A stretch of 64,000 nt of DNA, from positions 18,831,432 through 18,895,431 of the forward strand of contig NC_092679.1 of assembly GCF_964355755.1 (NCBI RefSeq), in the 5' to 3' direction. A model generated the notes under the pieces. That model saw only the letters and a list, made by a program, of their open reading frames with translations. It was not told the origin of the DNA and searched no databases. Made by a program: the position numbers and the translations under genes. Origin of the DNA: Antedon mediterranea. Its lineage: Eukaryota; Animalia; Echinodermata. This document shows positions 1-13,600 of the stretch, one piece after another; position 1 is the first letter of the stretch, and each line of letters begins with the position of its first letter.

Positions 1-1692
1 AGTATTACGTTTCCTTAAAAAACAATGTTCTTTTTGATGTACAGTTTAAAATTGTTGACAAATTGTTCTAGTGTATTTATACTATTATGCACATCTTTTT
101 CATATTCAGGAAAGTGATTGGGACAACCTAGGTTAGGTCAATCAATGAGTCGTCGGTCTGTGTCCCGGTTGGGAGTGAGGAAGCATGTCCCAAATTTTAC
201 ATGACCTAGTTAGGTTGTCGTTCGTTGCAAATCGAAAGCTTCCTTTTGAATTCAGGTGGTTAAGTTTTGTCTACATTATCAAACTAGTTTGACAAAAAAA
301 GTGTGATGTGCCCAAATATGGTAGTGATATGCCCAAATATGGTAGTGATATGACATCATCAGATGTCCATATATGGGCACTTCACATTTTGTTGTCGCGT
401 AAAGTTTGATAGTGATGAGAACTGAGAACCTTTATTGTCTCTACTTCATAAAGTATGCATATAGGTATTCGGCCACGTTTTTTTAAAACTCTTATGAATA
501 CTTTTGAAAATAAATTTGATTGATATTTAAATTTTTTGGGGGTAAGATTATGACCATTTCATGAATTGAATCTGTATTGCAACACAATAAAAATATTCTG
601 TAGTAATAATATTTCTATGGCTACACAACTCTCTTGTTTTGATTTTTCACAATAGATCTATAGTAAAAAGAATATACGGTAATAAACAATGATATTTAAA
701 AGCTAGTAACACATTTTACGCTCATTCATAAATTTATTGAATACATTGAATGTAAAATGAAACTAGGTATGGATGATTAGATAGGATTAGGTGAAAAATG
801 TCTATCTGACGTCATTTTAAAATTTGAATACAATCCATTTTCTTTCAATTTGGTAAAAAATCACATATACTACAGTAATTCTAAGAATTTCAGTTTATGA
901 AAATTACTGTAGGCCTATGCTCTTCCAGAAATTTAATTGTATTGGTTATACTCCATGATAATAAAAATGTAAATAAAATATTAAAATACTGTAATTTATT
1001 TTCAGGACGTCATCTTGTATATTATTTTCTATTTGCTATAAAAATATTTTAATTCTAATGCATATAAACAGACCATAATGTTACTATTAAATAACCGGGT
1101 TAAAACAAAGTATACAGTATGTATTTTTATATAGTTTCCACTAGAGACAAATTGGTTACCAGTTACCACAGTCCATTACAATATCTTTCTGAATAAATAC
1201 GGAACATTCATTTAAAATGTAGGTCTGATAGAAATAGTTCATAAACATGTTGAGGCTTCAGGTCCTATTGCTGTAGGTCATGGAAGCTCTAGTTCTAGAG
1301 AGGCAGGAAGGACTAAATCAATAGTCCTAACGAAACCACTCAGACCTGTTAGATAATATCTTCATACTCGATTTAATTGGCATCATACATCTGACTATGA
1401 TTAATTGATTTTTTGTTTTGTTTTCTGAATGGTTCTAAGACTAATTGAAGGTCAGATGATAAAGAGGTCATCTTTTTATGTAATTTTAATGTAATGAATT
1501 TTTATATTTTGTTTCTCTCCTTATAGTTGTAATACAGCATTATATAGCTAAACTATTATAACATATTGTTTATTACAAAGTGAGCCAAAAGATAATAAAA
1601 AATCATATTTATTATTCATATTCACTGCCCTCCCAATATGCCTATATTTTTAACAGACAGCACTCTTATATTTGTGTTTTTTCTTTCTTCAG

Positions 1693-4600
1693 ATGGCTAC
1701 AGCCATGCATCGGTATCATCTTCAGCCGACATCAACAGATGACAGCATAGCTTCAAATTTTACTAACCCAATGAGGATGACAAGCACATCATCTTCTCTC
1801 AATCGGCGTAAGTGATGAATAATCTTTATAATTGTAAAGATTTGTCTACAGTACATTATCAAACAAGTTTGACAAAAAATGTGTGATGTGCCCAAGTATG
1901 GTAGTGAAATGCTTAAATACAGTATGGTGGTAGTGATATGACGTCATCATCATGTCCATACAGTATATGGGCACATCACATTTTTTTGTCACATAAAGTA
2001 CGATAGTGTAGACAGAGCTTTATGTACTCCATGGTATGTGTAATGTTGCTTGTACAGTATCTATAATACAGTAAGAGTCTTGGGTCTGTTCCTATATACA
2101 AAGTCTTCCTACACATCCATAAGGGTATTAAAATGACCAGAATTTTACTTGGGAGGTTTATAGTTACACTGTAGAGGTTTTTATCTAACAGTACATTTCA
2201 ACGGGGAGAATCAAGGTATGTGTGTCGGGCTAGTACAGTATGTGATTTAATCTTATTGATTTAAAATAAGTAGTTTATAGAATATAATCAGTGAGTTCCC
2301 TTTTTGGAATGTGTGATGTCATCTTTTTGAAAGTTAAAAATGTTTTCCTATTTGTAATCAATCAATAAAAAAAAATGAATATTTCACACAATATATAAAT
2401 ATTAAATGGTATATGTCAAAAATATTACCAATACTAAGGGCCTGTTTCTGCTGCAACTGCTCAAAATACGGTATAAAAATACGGTATAAAATACCGTATT
2501 TTTATACCGTATTTTTTAGTACCCCGTTTCTGCTAACAATACTTCTTGGGTGGTCGTGTTAAATTTCATCCTTTTTACCCAAATTGCCATTCATTTATTT
2601 GGTCGATATTTAAAAGTCGCAATGAAGGAAGTTTTACGTCTCACTTTCAACAGCCTTGCCCTAGTGATAGAGATGTTGTGAGAGCACAGAAAACAATGTA
2701 ATGGGGACAAGTAATTCGTTCCCTCTCCGAGTTATTGTCTTTTGCAATGTTGTACTGCTTTCGCAGGCTCTTCAGCTTTAAGTTTACTTGCTTTGGAGAC
2801 AAGTCTATTCCGTACTCCTGCTTTATTTTTTTAGAAATGTCTTTATAAATGTGGTTGTCCCTTTTATTACCTTTTAGTTGGCCGGACATTTTAGATTCCC
2901 CACCCCCTTCCTTCCCCAAACAGAATTATATAGTAAATACTGTGACGTCTTCGCTCCACATTTTCGCCAAATTTATCTATACACGTGTGTAAAACAGCTT
3001 ACCTCATGTCACAGGTAAAAAAATACGGTATTTTTTATTGGCAGCAGAAAAGGGTACACAAAATACGGTATAAATTTGTAAATACCGTATTTTATCCACA
3101 AATTTTTTGGGAAAAATACGGTATACAAAATACGGTTTTTTTTTTATGAGCGCAGTTTCTGCTGCCAAAAAAATATGGTACTGTATATATATACGGTATT
3201 CAAAAAATACCGTATAAAATACGGTATTTTCTTGGCAGCAGAAACAGGGCCTAAAAATAACCTGTTGATTGTTATTAAGACCAAATAATCTGAATAGTTA
3301 AAAAATATTATGTTACTAAATTATTTGAATTCATTGTGAAAGATGAAATACTAAAGATAAAGAACATGAAATCACTCCAAATATAGACATACATTTGAGC
3401 AATCTGATTATTATTTTCAATAAATAATAAAATGTTTTAATTTGTCATTTTTGAATGTTCATAACAAGAATTCTAGATAACGCAAAGTTGTGTATTTTGT
3501 CACTGTGTATATTATCTATCATATTAATAGATTAGGTTTTGAAAAACATTTTTTGTCATCAACTTTCAACACAAATCCAATTGCAAAACAATTTTTTTTG
3601 AAATAATATTTTGAGATAGAAATCCAATCGAAAACAATTTTTTTTTTACATTTTATTCATAGACACAAAAAAATTATGAGATTATTTATATGCCGATGAT
3701 TTTTTTGTTTGATGCTTTTTATGTGAATTCAATAAATTTCATATTTGAGATTAGTAATTTACTTTATTATTTCGTTTCTTTTATGTTTACTACAGCTGTT
3801 GAAATGTGCATATTTCTAAGAACTGGTAATGTTTACGAGTTTACATTGGATAATGGTGGAATGGTTACAGCGTCTTCCCTACAAGAGATGATGCTTGAAA
3901 CATTAGAGATGACAGAGGAAGCAGATGATGTATTCTACATCTGGCTCACGTCCCCGCTCCTTAGTAAGTTTTCCTTACAGTTATTTGAGCTTGCTTCGCA
4001 CTTAGATGTCAACGTGAGTTGACCAATCACAAGTGACAGTTGAGAAAATCCATGTGTTGTGATTGGTCAGTTTCGCTTGCGTTGCATCCAAGTGGGAAAC
4101 AAACTTTATTTGTTTGTTTATTTCACTCATATTGTTCACTCACTAACTGTGGTCGGGTCATACAAAAAAAACATTTTTAAAAACAAATCTTAATAGGATA
4201 TTAAAAGCTCTGTTTGGTAATAAATTAATTTGACAAATTAAAATAAGGTTTCTATATAAACCTAATTCAACATTGAGGCAAGTTTAAGTCTATGCTACTT
4301 AAGCTTGGTTCCCACTAGAACGTAACGCAAGGATGTAAACGCAACGCAAGCGTTTTAACCAATGACAAGCGAAGTTATAGACAGTTAGCAATCACAAGCG
4401 AATAAGCCATCGCTTGTGATTGGTCAATTCACTTGCGTTGCGTTACGTCCTTGCGTTGCGTCGCTAGATCACAAGCGAATAAGCCATCGCTTGTGATTGG
4501 TCAATTCACTTGCGTTGCGTTACGTCCTTGCGTTGCGTCGCTAGTGGGAACCACGCTTTACCCACATCCTAATAGTCCTACTGACTTGGATAATGTTACA

Positions 4601-7600
4601 TAAATTATTGGGGTGGGCTTATATACCTAAAGTGTAGGCCTAAAGTCGCATCTACTATTTATATGATTTTAAGAAATGATGTCAATAATATTTTAGAGTA
4701 TGAAAAAGTCAAATTTAAGCTTTTCATATTATTATATCAGCATCCATGTTAATCTTTTTGACCGTGCTGTCAACTTATGCTAATATCTTCAGGAAAAGAT
4801 TTTCTCATACCCTTTTCCTGCCTAAAGTAATTTTTCCTAAAATCTGGCAAAACTACCAGTTGGCTCTTAGCCAATAGGAACTGATTGTACTCATTCATGC
4901 ATTTCATTTTCTAGTCAAAATAATTAAAAATGAAAAATATACATTAAATCATACATGCATTAATATATTACTATTTAAACAACAAGACGTGACGTGATGT
5001 CTCAAAAACACTATGGTACTATTCTGTATTTGTAATACAGTGTTGTTTTTTTTTTCAACTTTGACCTAATAACATTGCTTAGAGACCAAAGTGCTAAATA
5101 TGAGTCTGTGCTGTGAGATCCAGAACCATGACACAGATTTGTGCGCGCATACAGTATAATACGGTGCATATTACCAGGAAGGGTTAGACTGACACAGAAA
5201 AAAATATCCACAAACCGTTTCAGATTTTCACCAATGTACTGTACATAGCATGCAATTTATTTAACAAAAACTTTTCAAGATAGTCACTTGTATCATTTGT
5301 ATTTATTTATATAGTTATCACATCGTATTATTTATTCTACTCAGGTACAAAACATATCTCGAAATTGTTAACAATTTTGACAATAAAGTTATCTTGTATA
5401 TTTACGACTCTTTGTGTCTCAAGTTTTTCGTACTAATGTTGTTATGTACATCATCGGGCAACACCCTAAAATAATATACTAATTGCAATATTATTCCTAT
5501 TAATTAAAATTCTATAATTTCAAAGCTATACAGTACCTTTTGAAAAATTGATTTAATTAAATCCTTTTCGTAGCCTTTAGTTCATAGATTTTCCTCTTCT
5601 ACTATTTTTCACACTATACACTAATGATATGCGTTCTGTAGCCAGGGTAATATTAAGTGCCTTGGCGTATCTTAATCAAGAAAAGTCAATAATGTAGATG
5701 CGTAAGTGTAGTAGCAACAATACCATGTCTCTTTTTCCTTTATATTACTCTATAATTATAGTATACATAATAATAATAACTCTGTATCCGTTCATTTAAA
5801 GATGTATTGTCCACCAAAAACATAAAAAATGAAGATTATAAAAAGGCAAAATAAATGTTAGTAAATTCAACCAAAAACCCATTTTTTGCCATATCCAACA
5901 AAAACATTTAAAACATTAATTAGTTTTTCAGGGGGAAAATATCTTTAAATCAAAATAAACAGGATACTATACTGTACATATAGATGTGAATATTGTGTAT
6001 TTTTTTTTAAAGCAACAAAAAATGGGAAATTAAATGGATGAATACCAACATCATATTTTACTTGATGACCTTTATTTAGAATTTCCATTTGAGAGAATCG
6101 GTGAAATTGTAGACTATCACTGTAAACAATACTTAACTGCTGCATGGAGACATAGAAAGACTACACTTAATATATAATATATAAATATTTACCGCCCACC
6201 ATATTATCTACTAACATTATTTTACCATTTATCTAATTCAATAATATATTTTATTTTTTTTTTTTTTTTTTTTTTTTTTTATTTTTTTTTTTTCTTCAAA
6301 ATTATATAATGTAACCTAAATCTAAATAAAATAAATAAATAATACAGTACTAAAAATAAGACTAAATAGTATAATAAAAATTGTATCACATTTAATTAAA
6401 TTACAAATAACTATTAATATTAAATATAATAAGAACAAATAATCATATAAAAGTTGCATTTATTTTAATAATAACAGTATAATAAATCAATTAGCAATTA
6501 TATATATATATATATATATATATATTTTTTTAGTAATAATAATGATAATATATTCGCTTAAAACTTGAAAATATTAATAATACTGATAATAAATAGATAA
6601 TAACATTAACTCCATCATATAGGTTAAGTATTGTTCGATATGTAAGATTACCTTGTTTTTACTAATTTCATTTTACTTGTATAATTCGCTTCTTAGTTAA
6701 GACTTAAATGTTATTTTTTGATACTTTTCTTTTTGTTTTTACATTGCCTTATAAACGTGTGCCGCTGATACAAAAGCGTTCGTTCAATAAATTTTATCTT
6801 ATCTAGTACACGGATTTATTCCGGTAATCAGCCACTCCTTAATGAGCAATATCAGTAATGGTGAAGGCCATGCCTAATTTTCAGCCTTAACTGACTTAAC
6901 TTAAATTGAATGAGCATATTTTAATTTATATTTTAATGAGTATTGTTGGTATTTTTTTTAGAACTCCAGTTAAAACCAAATCATGTACCTTTGAAACTAT
7001 GTAGACAGTGGCACGACCTTCTGGAGAAATTCACAAATGCAACAAACGAACAAATCGCAGCTGGTAAATATAATGTGTGATTATGATGCCTGCTACAAAA
7101 TTACTTGGTTCAAATCCCTAGCAACAGAAAATAAGACTTGATTTCATAGGATCATAAGTTATATGAATATAAGAAAATCATTAACTTTATGAATGCAAAG
7201 ACATGAGTTACCTTATACTGTTTTTAGACAGTAGCTATATTATTTTCTCTCCTGATGATACGACTCGTATGGCCTTAACGCTACAACTCAGTTATGAATT
7301 TTTATGAAAAGAATTATTTAAATGTGATTGTAATGTCTCATATTTTTATTTGCAGATGAGCCATGTGTCTTTTTTCAACGAAATGCTTTCTATCCAAAAC
7401 ATAAAGAATTACAAGTTAGTAGTATTATTTTTAATAATTCCATTAAAATTAGATTTAAACCCCATGTTTTAGGACACCTCTATTTAAAGATTTATCTTTT
7501 GAGAACAGAAAATATTCTACCAAAACAAGATCAATTAATGCATTGCATTTTAACATCATATCATACTATTTTTTTATTAAGGCACATTCTGATAGCTCCC

Positions 7601-10600
7601 AAAGGTATCCCTTTAACAGAGGTTCTACATATCTATCCTGTTGGCTGTTTTATATGCTTTAACGCTTTCTAATTTGTGTTTTTAATATAAAAAATTTGCT
7701 TTTTGAAATTACTTAGACTGGTGGCTAATCAACCATTTAATGCTATTCATGCAGCAAATAAGAAAACCAGATTGTTAGACGTTAAGAATATTTAATTTTA
7801 AAATATACATTATTTTCAATTTATATCTTGGCTTTCACCTGTTTACTTTTAAAATGGTTACTATGGCTACTGCAGGTGTTTTGTTAATAAATATCTAAGG
7901 TAAAAAACAACTGGCTGCTAGTAGATTTTAATATATCCTTGTAAATAAGGTATAATATTGTTTATATTATTAAACAAAAACCAATTCAAAGTTTTGCTAT
8001 CAAAAATGTATTATGTAAACCTTGAATTGAATATTAACAACATTCCTACAGCTATTTATAATTACAATTTCCTCATGTTTATACGGTGAATAGAATAACA
8101 TTAAATGTAAATGTTAACATCAATTTAGTGATTGTATGTTTTGAATAATTTATATTACAGTTAATGTTCTTCGAGGTCAAGGAATCGTGTATATTTATGT
8201 TATCGTACGCTAAACTATATTGATGATTTCATTCACAATTTAAGTCCTATTTAAACATTATTATTAAATTTATAGATTACAGATGAAAAAATATTAAGGC
8301 TACTGTTCTGCGAGGCCAAGGAACATGTTCTGGATGGTGTGTACGGATGTGAGAATGATGAATACGAATATTTAGCAGGAATATTAGCGTTTATCGAACA
8401 TGGAAAATATGACTCAAAAAAACACACACCCATCTTCCTTAGGTAATAGTACAAAATCTTATTAAATCCAGCATTCTATTTACAACATAACTAACAATTA
8501 ATTGTGAGTTGTGATAAGAGAGTCCCTTGATAACATCTCTTTTTTGTTTGCAATCTATCCTGTGAATTATAATTGTATGTATATTGGAAAAATAAATGAT
8601 ATGATGATGTTTGGTAAAACGTACGACTGATTACATATTCTTAACTTGAATATTAAAGCTACCCTGGATATTGTTACCCTGGATGGTGCTACCCTGTAAA
8701 ATTCTGCAGATTTATTTATGTGATCAATCGTTGCATTCCATTATATTTAATAGATTTTATAGAATTTACTAATGTCTTTGATGTTTTAAAAGCTTACTTT
8801 AATGCTTTTAGGAGGTTTTTATATCAATAACATGCGTCAATTAATGTATAAATTTAAGCATCCTTTCTGTATGAAATTAGATTGAAATAGTATACACTTT
8901 TTAATCTAGCGATTTACTTAATATTAATATTTTTTTCTACTGTGTATATATAGTCATATTATTGTATACAAGCATCATGAGATGCTGTATCATAGAATTG
9001 TGCTACTTTGATACTAGACAAATTTAGATACAGATGAGTACCGAGAATCTGCTATGTTTTATTAATGTATCATTTTTCTTTTCTCTACTGCGTACTACTG
9101 AATTATGTTTTATAGTTTTATTCTAAATTCTCTCACTAATATATAAAGTAAATGTTGTTTGAGTTGAGTGGTATGTGATTAAAAATCAAGATTTCTATCT
9201 TTCAATTTACAAAATCATCTTGTTTAGACACATTAAAATACTAATTTATTCTATTTTTTAAAATTTGTTTTCAGTTTATCTAGTGAAACCATCTTACCAT
9301 CACGGTTATGCAGACGAAGAAGTCAAAAGACGTCGCAAAGAGCAAGCCAGAAACTTTCCAAGTCGTTTGAAGTTGAGAACAGAGTATTAAGTCATTGGAA
9401 ACAGGTGTCATCAATAGTAAAATGCAAAGCAGACTGTCATAAGAACTTCTTGGAATTCTTATGGAAAATGCCAATTTATGGGTATGTTTACTTTAATTCA
9501 ATTCATTCTGGATTTTACAATAATACATCACACATGCTAGACTTGGGAAACTCCAACAGCGAACTCAATCACTTTTGACGGCTGTCCCATGGGACTGTAT
9601 TTAGTGTAAAGGTACTATCTGAGAAGTATGGCTTTCTAATACAAAGAGGTATCAGACTAGCAAGTGAGAGGCAGTGGTTAGAATTCATATCTGTGTCATA
9701 TTGCTTGTATTGTTTCTTTAGTCTCTTTACTATAATCATCACCTTTTCCTTTGGATGGGAACTGGGGCCTCTGGTCATACAGTACATTGCTTATGTGCAT
9801 AATTAACGAAAGACTAGGGGATCATGTCTCTGTATTCTGATCATAGTCTTGGGGTGTGCACTCTGGGAAAATAATACCTTTACTAATTTGAGTTTCGCTC
9901 TTATTTTTCCTTTTTTAGTGTTAACATTTTTAACAAATGTCAATATTAACAGTCGGTAATATTTGTTTTTACAGGAGTGTTTTTTTTACTGGTGAAATTG
10001 AACAAGCAAATGCTGGCAAAAGTATAGTTGGAAACAATCTTAAACTTGTGTACATCGGAATTAATAGAGATGGTGTCTACATCATGGACCTACGAAAGCA
10101 GGTTTGTATAAAACCATTAATAAAAACTAATTCAAAACTATGGAGTATTATTTTTATCCAGTGTTCTTGATTCATATTTGAGATCCACTTATCCCAACAC
10201 ATTTGCCACAATCGTGTTACTTAAGCTCTGTCTACACTATTAAACTCTATGTGACAAACAAATGTAATCCCATGCCCATATATGGACATGATGACATCAT
10301 ATCACTACCATATTTGAGCACATCACACTTTTAGTTTGAGAATGTAGACAGAGCTTAACTCTGTATGTAATTTTATTGTGCTTGTTTATTTACAGTAGTA
10401 TCCACAATTTTTAATTTGCCAACAAACAGACAATGCCTATTGAAAATCAATATATTGGTGACTTTAAAATATGACTTATCTTTATCTTTATATTAAATAA
10501 CATACCCTCTGACTGTTTCCCAGTCTTTATTTGTTCTTTATGCATGCATTTGTTTTTACAGGAACTTCTCTTGGGTCTATTATATGATGACTTATCTTGG

Positions 10601-13600
10601 GAATACACTGACCAGAATCCAAACGATGAGAAGTCCCTACCGTGTTTATGGCTTGAGTTTGACGCCACGGAAGGCAGCAAAAAGGTTTCAAAATTATTGC
10701 GAATATACTCTAAACAAGTAAGTATCAACATCATATTATTTTTTTTAAATGGCAGTAGTTTAAAAGTAAAGGTGAATCCCTCCTTTGAGCATCACTATTA
10801 AGTGTTCACTTTCCTATGAAACAAACATGGGGATGTGTATACAGTACTATACAGTACTGTACAGCACAGCCAATCCCCCCATCCCCCCCCCCCCCACAAC
10901 TTTTATGGGTCCCCCCCCACAACTTTTATGGGTCCCGAAGGTGTCCCCTTAATAGGGGTTCTACTCTATAAGGGTGGTTGGAGTGATGTTGGTTGTTATT
11001 GTACTTGCCTACTAATCTTAGTGTCCTAAGTTCAAATCCTGTCTAGGTGTCAATTGCGATAGATAATATAATAGAAAAATCGCCTATAATATTTTATTAC
11101 AATGATTTTTAGGCTCCTATGATGAATGGCATGATACAAGCATGCATAGTGGAACTGAACAATCAAGACAAAGAAAGTCTAACACCTCGACCGTAAGTTA
11201 AATTCATGAAAACACATATCATTTTACATTTAAAACCTTGTCCTGATACCCATCAATGGAAAAATACATAATATTAATAAAAATATCTGGATAACAATAT
11301 AAGTTAACTGTACTAAATATAAATAATCTACACAATTTAACTAATGACTGATAAGTGCACTACTTTTTCATGTGCAATCCAATGCTAAATATACATCTTT
11401 CCATGTTTGCTGTGAATAACATTGACTAGAATAGATTGAATGATAAAATAGTATTGTATTTTTTCTTTATAATGTATTAACTATGTACATTGTTTTTAGT
11501 GTACTTTTATCTGTTTAATATGTGTTAGTAATATCAGTAGCAGTATGTCTTCCTTTGTCCTCTTATTTTAACTCTTTTCCTTCCTCCCTTATGTGTCATC
11601 CTTAAAAGTTTAATCATAATTATTTCAAAATTTCCAAAATTAACAATTGGACTAAAATTTTGGTCATTTAGTTTTGATGAGTCAATTTTCTTTGTTCATT
11701 TAATGTATCATTGTTGTAGGGATGATTGCAATGTACTTTATACTAGAACTGTAAATTTAAAATGTTTGTCCCTAATATAGTTATTGTATTTTCTTTTGTA
11801 TTTGTTCTTGATGTGTTTATTTCGTGTTGTGTTCATTAACATTACTTCATGCCTTTAGACACAATACTGTAGAAAGCAGTGATCTTGGTGTCGTAGAGGG
11901 TCCGTGTACCGGGATCGACAGGTACGGGTTTCACATTCATTATTCAAATTGCACCTCTAAATATCATATCTTTTTCACCATAGTTTCATTTTTTACACAT
12001 TTTGCTGATTTTGTGTGTAGATTTTTTAAATTTAAATTGGTTTTGGTTTAATCATCATGTCATATTTATAGTATTTCAAGGATGTATATTATGAGTCACA
12101 CATATATTACATTTCTTTGACTTTAACAGCACAAAAGAATAAAAAAAAAATTTTCTCCATTTTTTTTCCTAATTTTAAATTCTAACTTTTGTCATTGTCA
12201 TCTTAAATTCTCCTAAAAGTCATATCATGTCACAAATAAAATTATTATAAGCATTTTAGTAGAAAAGAGGTTTTTTTACAATAATAATTATAGTAATGAA
12301 ATTAGTAAATAAATTAGTCCCATACATTGTATCGTAGACTAAACGACAAAGATTTCAAAGAAATACCTTTGGATGATGAGGAAGAAAGTGTAGAAAACGG
12401 TTTTGAAAGTCCAGAACAAGATAAAATAGAGTTAATAGAAAGCAAACAAGATTTGAAAAATGGGAAAAAATTCAGACTTTCGTCTGCTCCTGATTGTATA
12501 GAGAGGTATCCCATCATGCACAAAATGTCATGCTCTGATGCATAATGGCATGCTTGAGTGAACATCCTATGCTTGAACGAATATGTCTTGAATTAGCATG
12601 AATTTATTTTTAATAATTATTCATTATCTAATACCTGTAAACATTTATTACTTTAAATAATTCTTTTTTATCAAATTATTCTAATAGCATTTTCACATTT
12701 TAAAGAAAAAATATTAAAAGAAAATAATTATTATCATAAAAATGTTCTTTGCTTTTACGGTTGTTTACTTTACTTCTCTGCGAATCTGCTTTGTTTACTA
12801 CTGCATGTGTGCATACTTATTCCGCATGTGATGCATTTGGTGGTTAACATGCTTATCCTTATAATGTTAGAGTCCAGGGTTCGAGTCTAACTGCGGTTTA
12901 CATTATTATTTATGTTCTATTTTCTATATTTTCTGCCAAATTATTATTTTTTGTAATTTACCTATTTCCACAAAGCTTTATTTTAAAAGTTTCATTTGAG
13001 CAGATAAGGAGTATTTTTTGTATTAATATTTATTATTCTTGAATTAGTTAAAAATAATTTTAAACATATTTTAGTAAATAAAAATGGAAATTAACTATGC
13101 CAAATTTGTTTTTCATAACTTGAATTAGATGAAGTGTAATTTTAAATAGATTACATATGAACACTTTTATAGCTATGTCATTTTTGTAATTGATTAATTG
13201 AACATTCAGTAACATTTCAATAACTTTATTTTAACATTCAATAACATTTTTATTAATATATAATTTTTCTTTGCTTTTGCTGTTTGTCTAACCTTCGACC
13301 TCTTAGGTCTGAACATGATACACTTGAACGAGTCGCATGTGGTTTGACGTCAACCATATCCAGGTAGGGACGTACTAACAGCTACAATTTTCTTAAATAA
13401 TAGTATATTAGAATGCCTGGATTACCACATGGGTTGTCTTCTAAAGAGGGCATTAATAAATTTAATATCTTGCCATCTAATATATGACCATCAGTATCTA
13501 CTAATACCATAGAGATATCTCTATGCTAATACCCATGCAAGGTTCTGCTGTACTATTTTAAATTATTGTCTTTTTATACATTAACAGAGATTATATTCAG

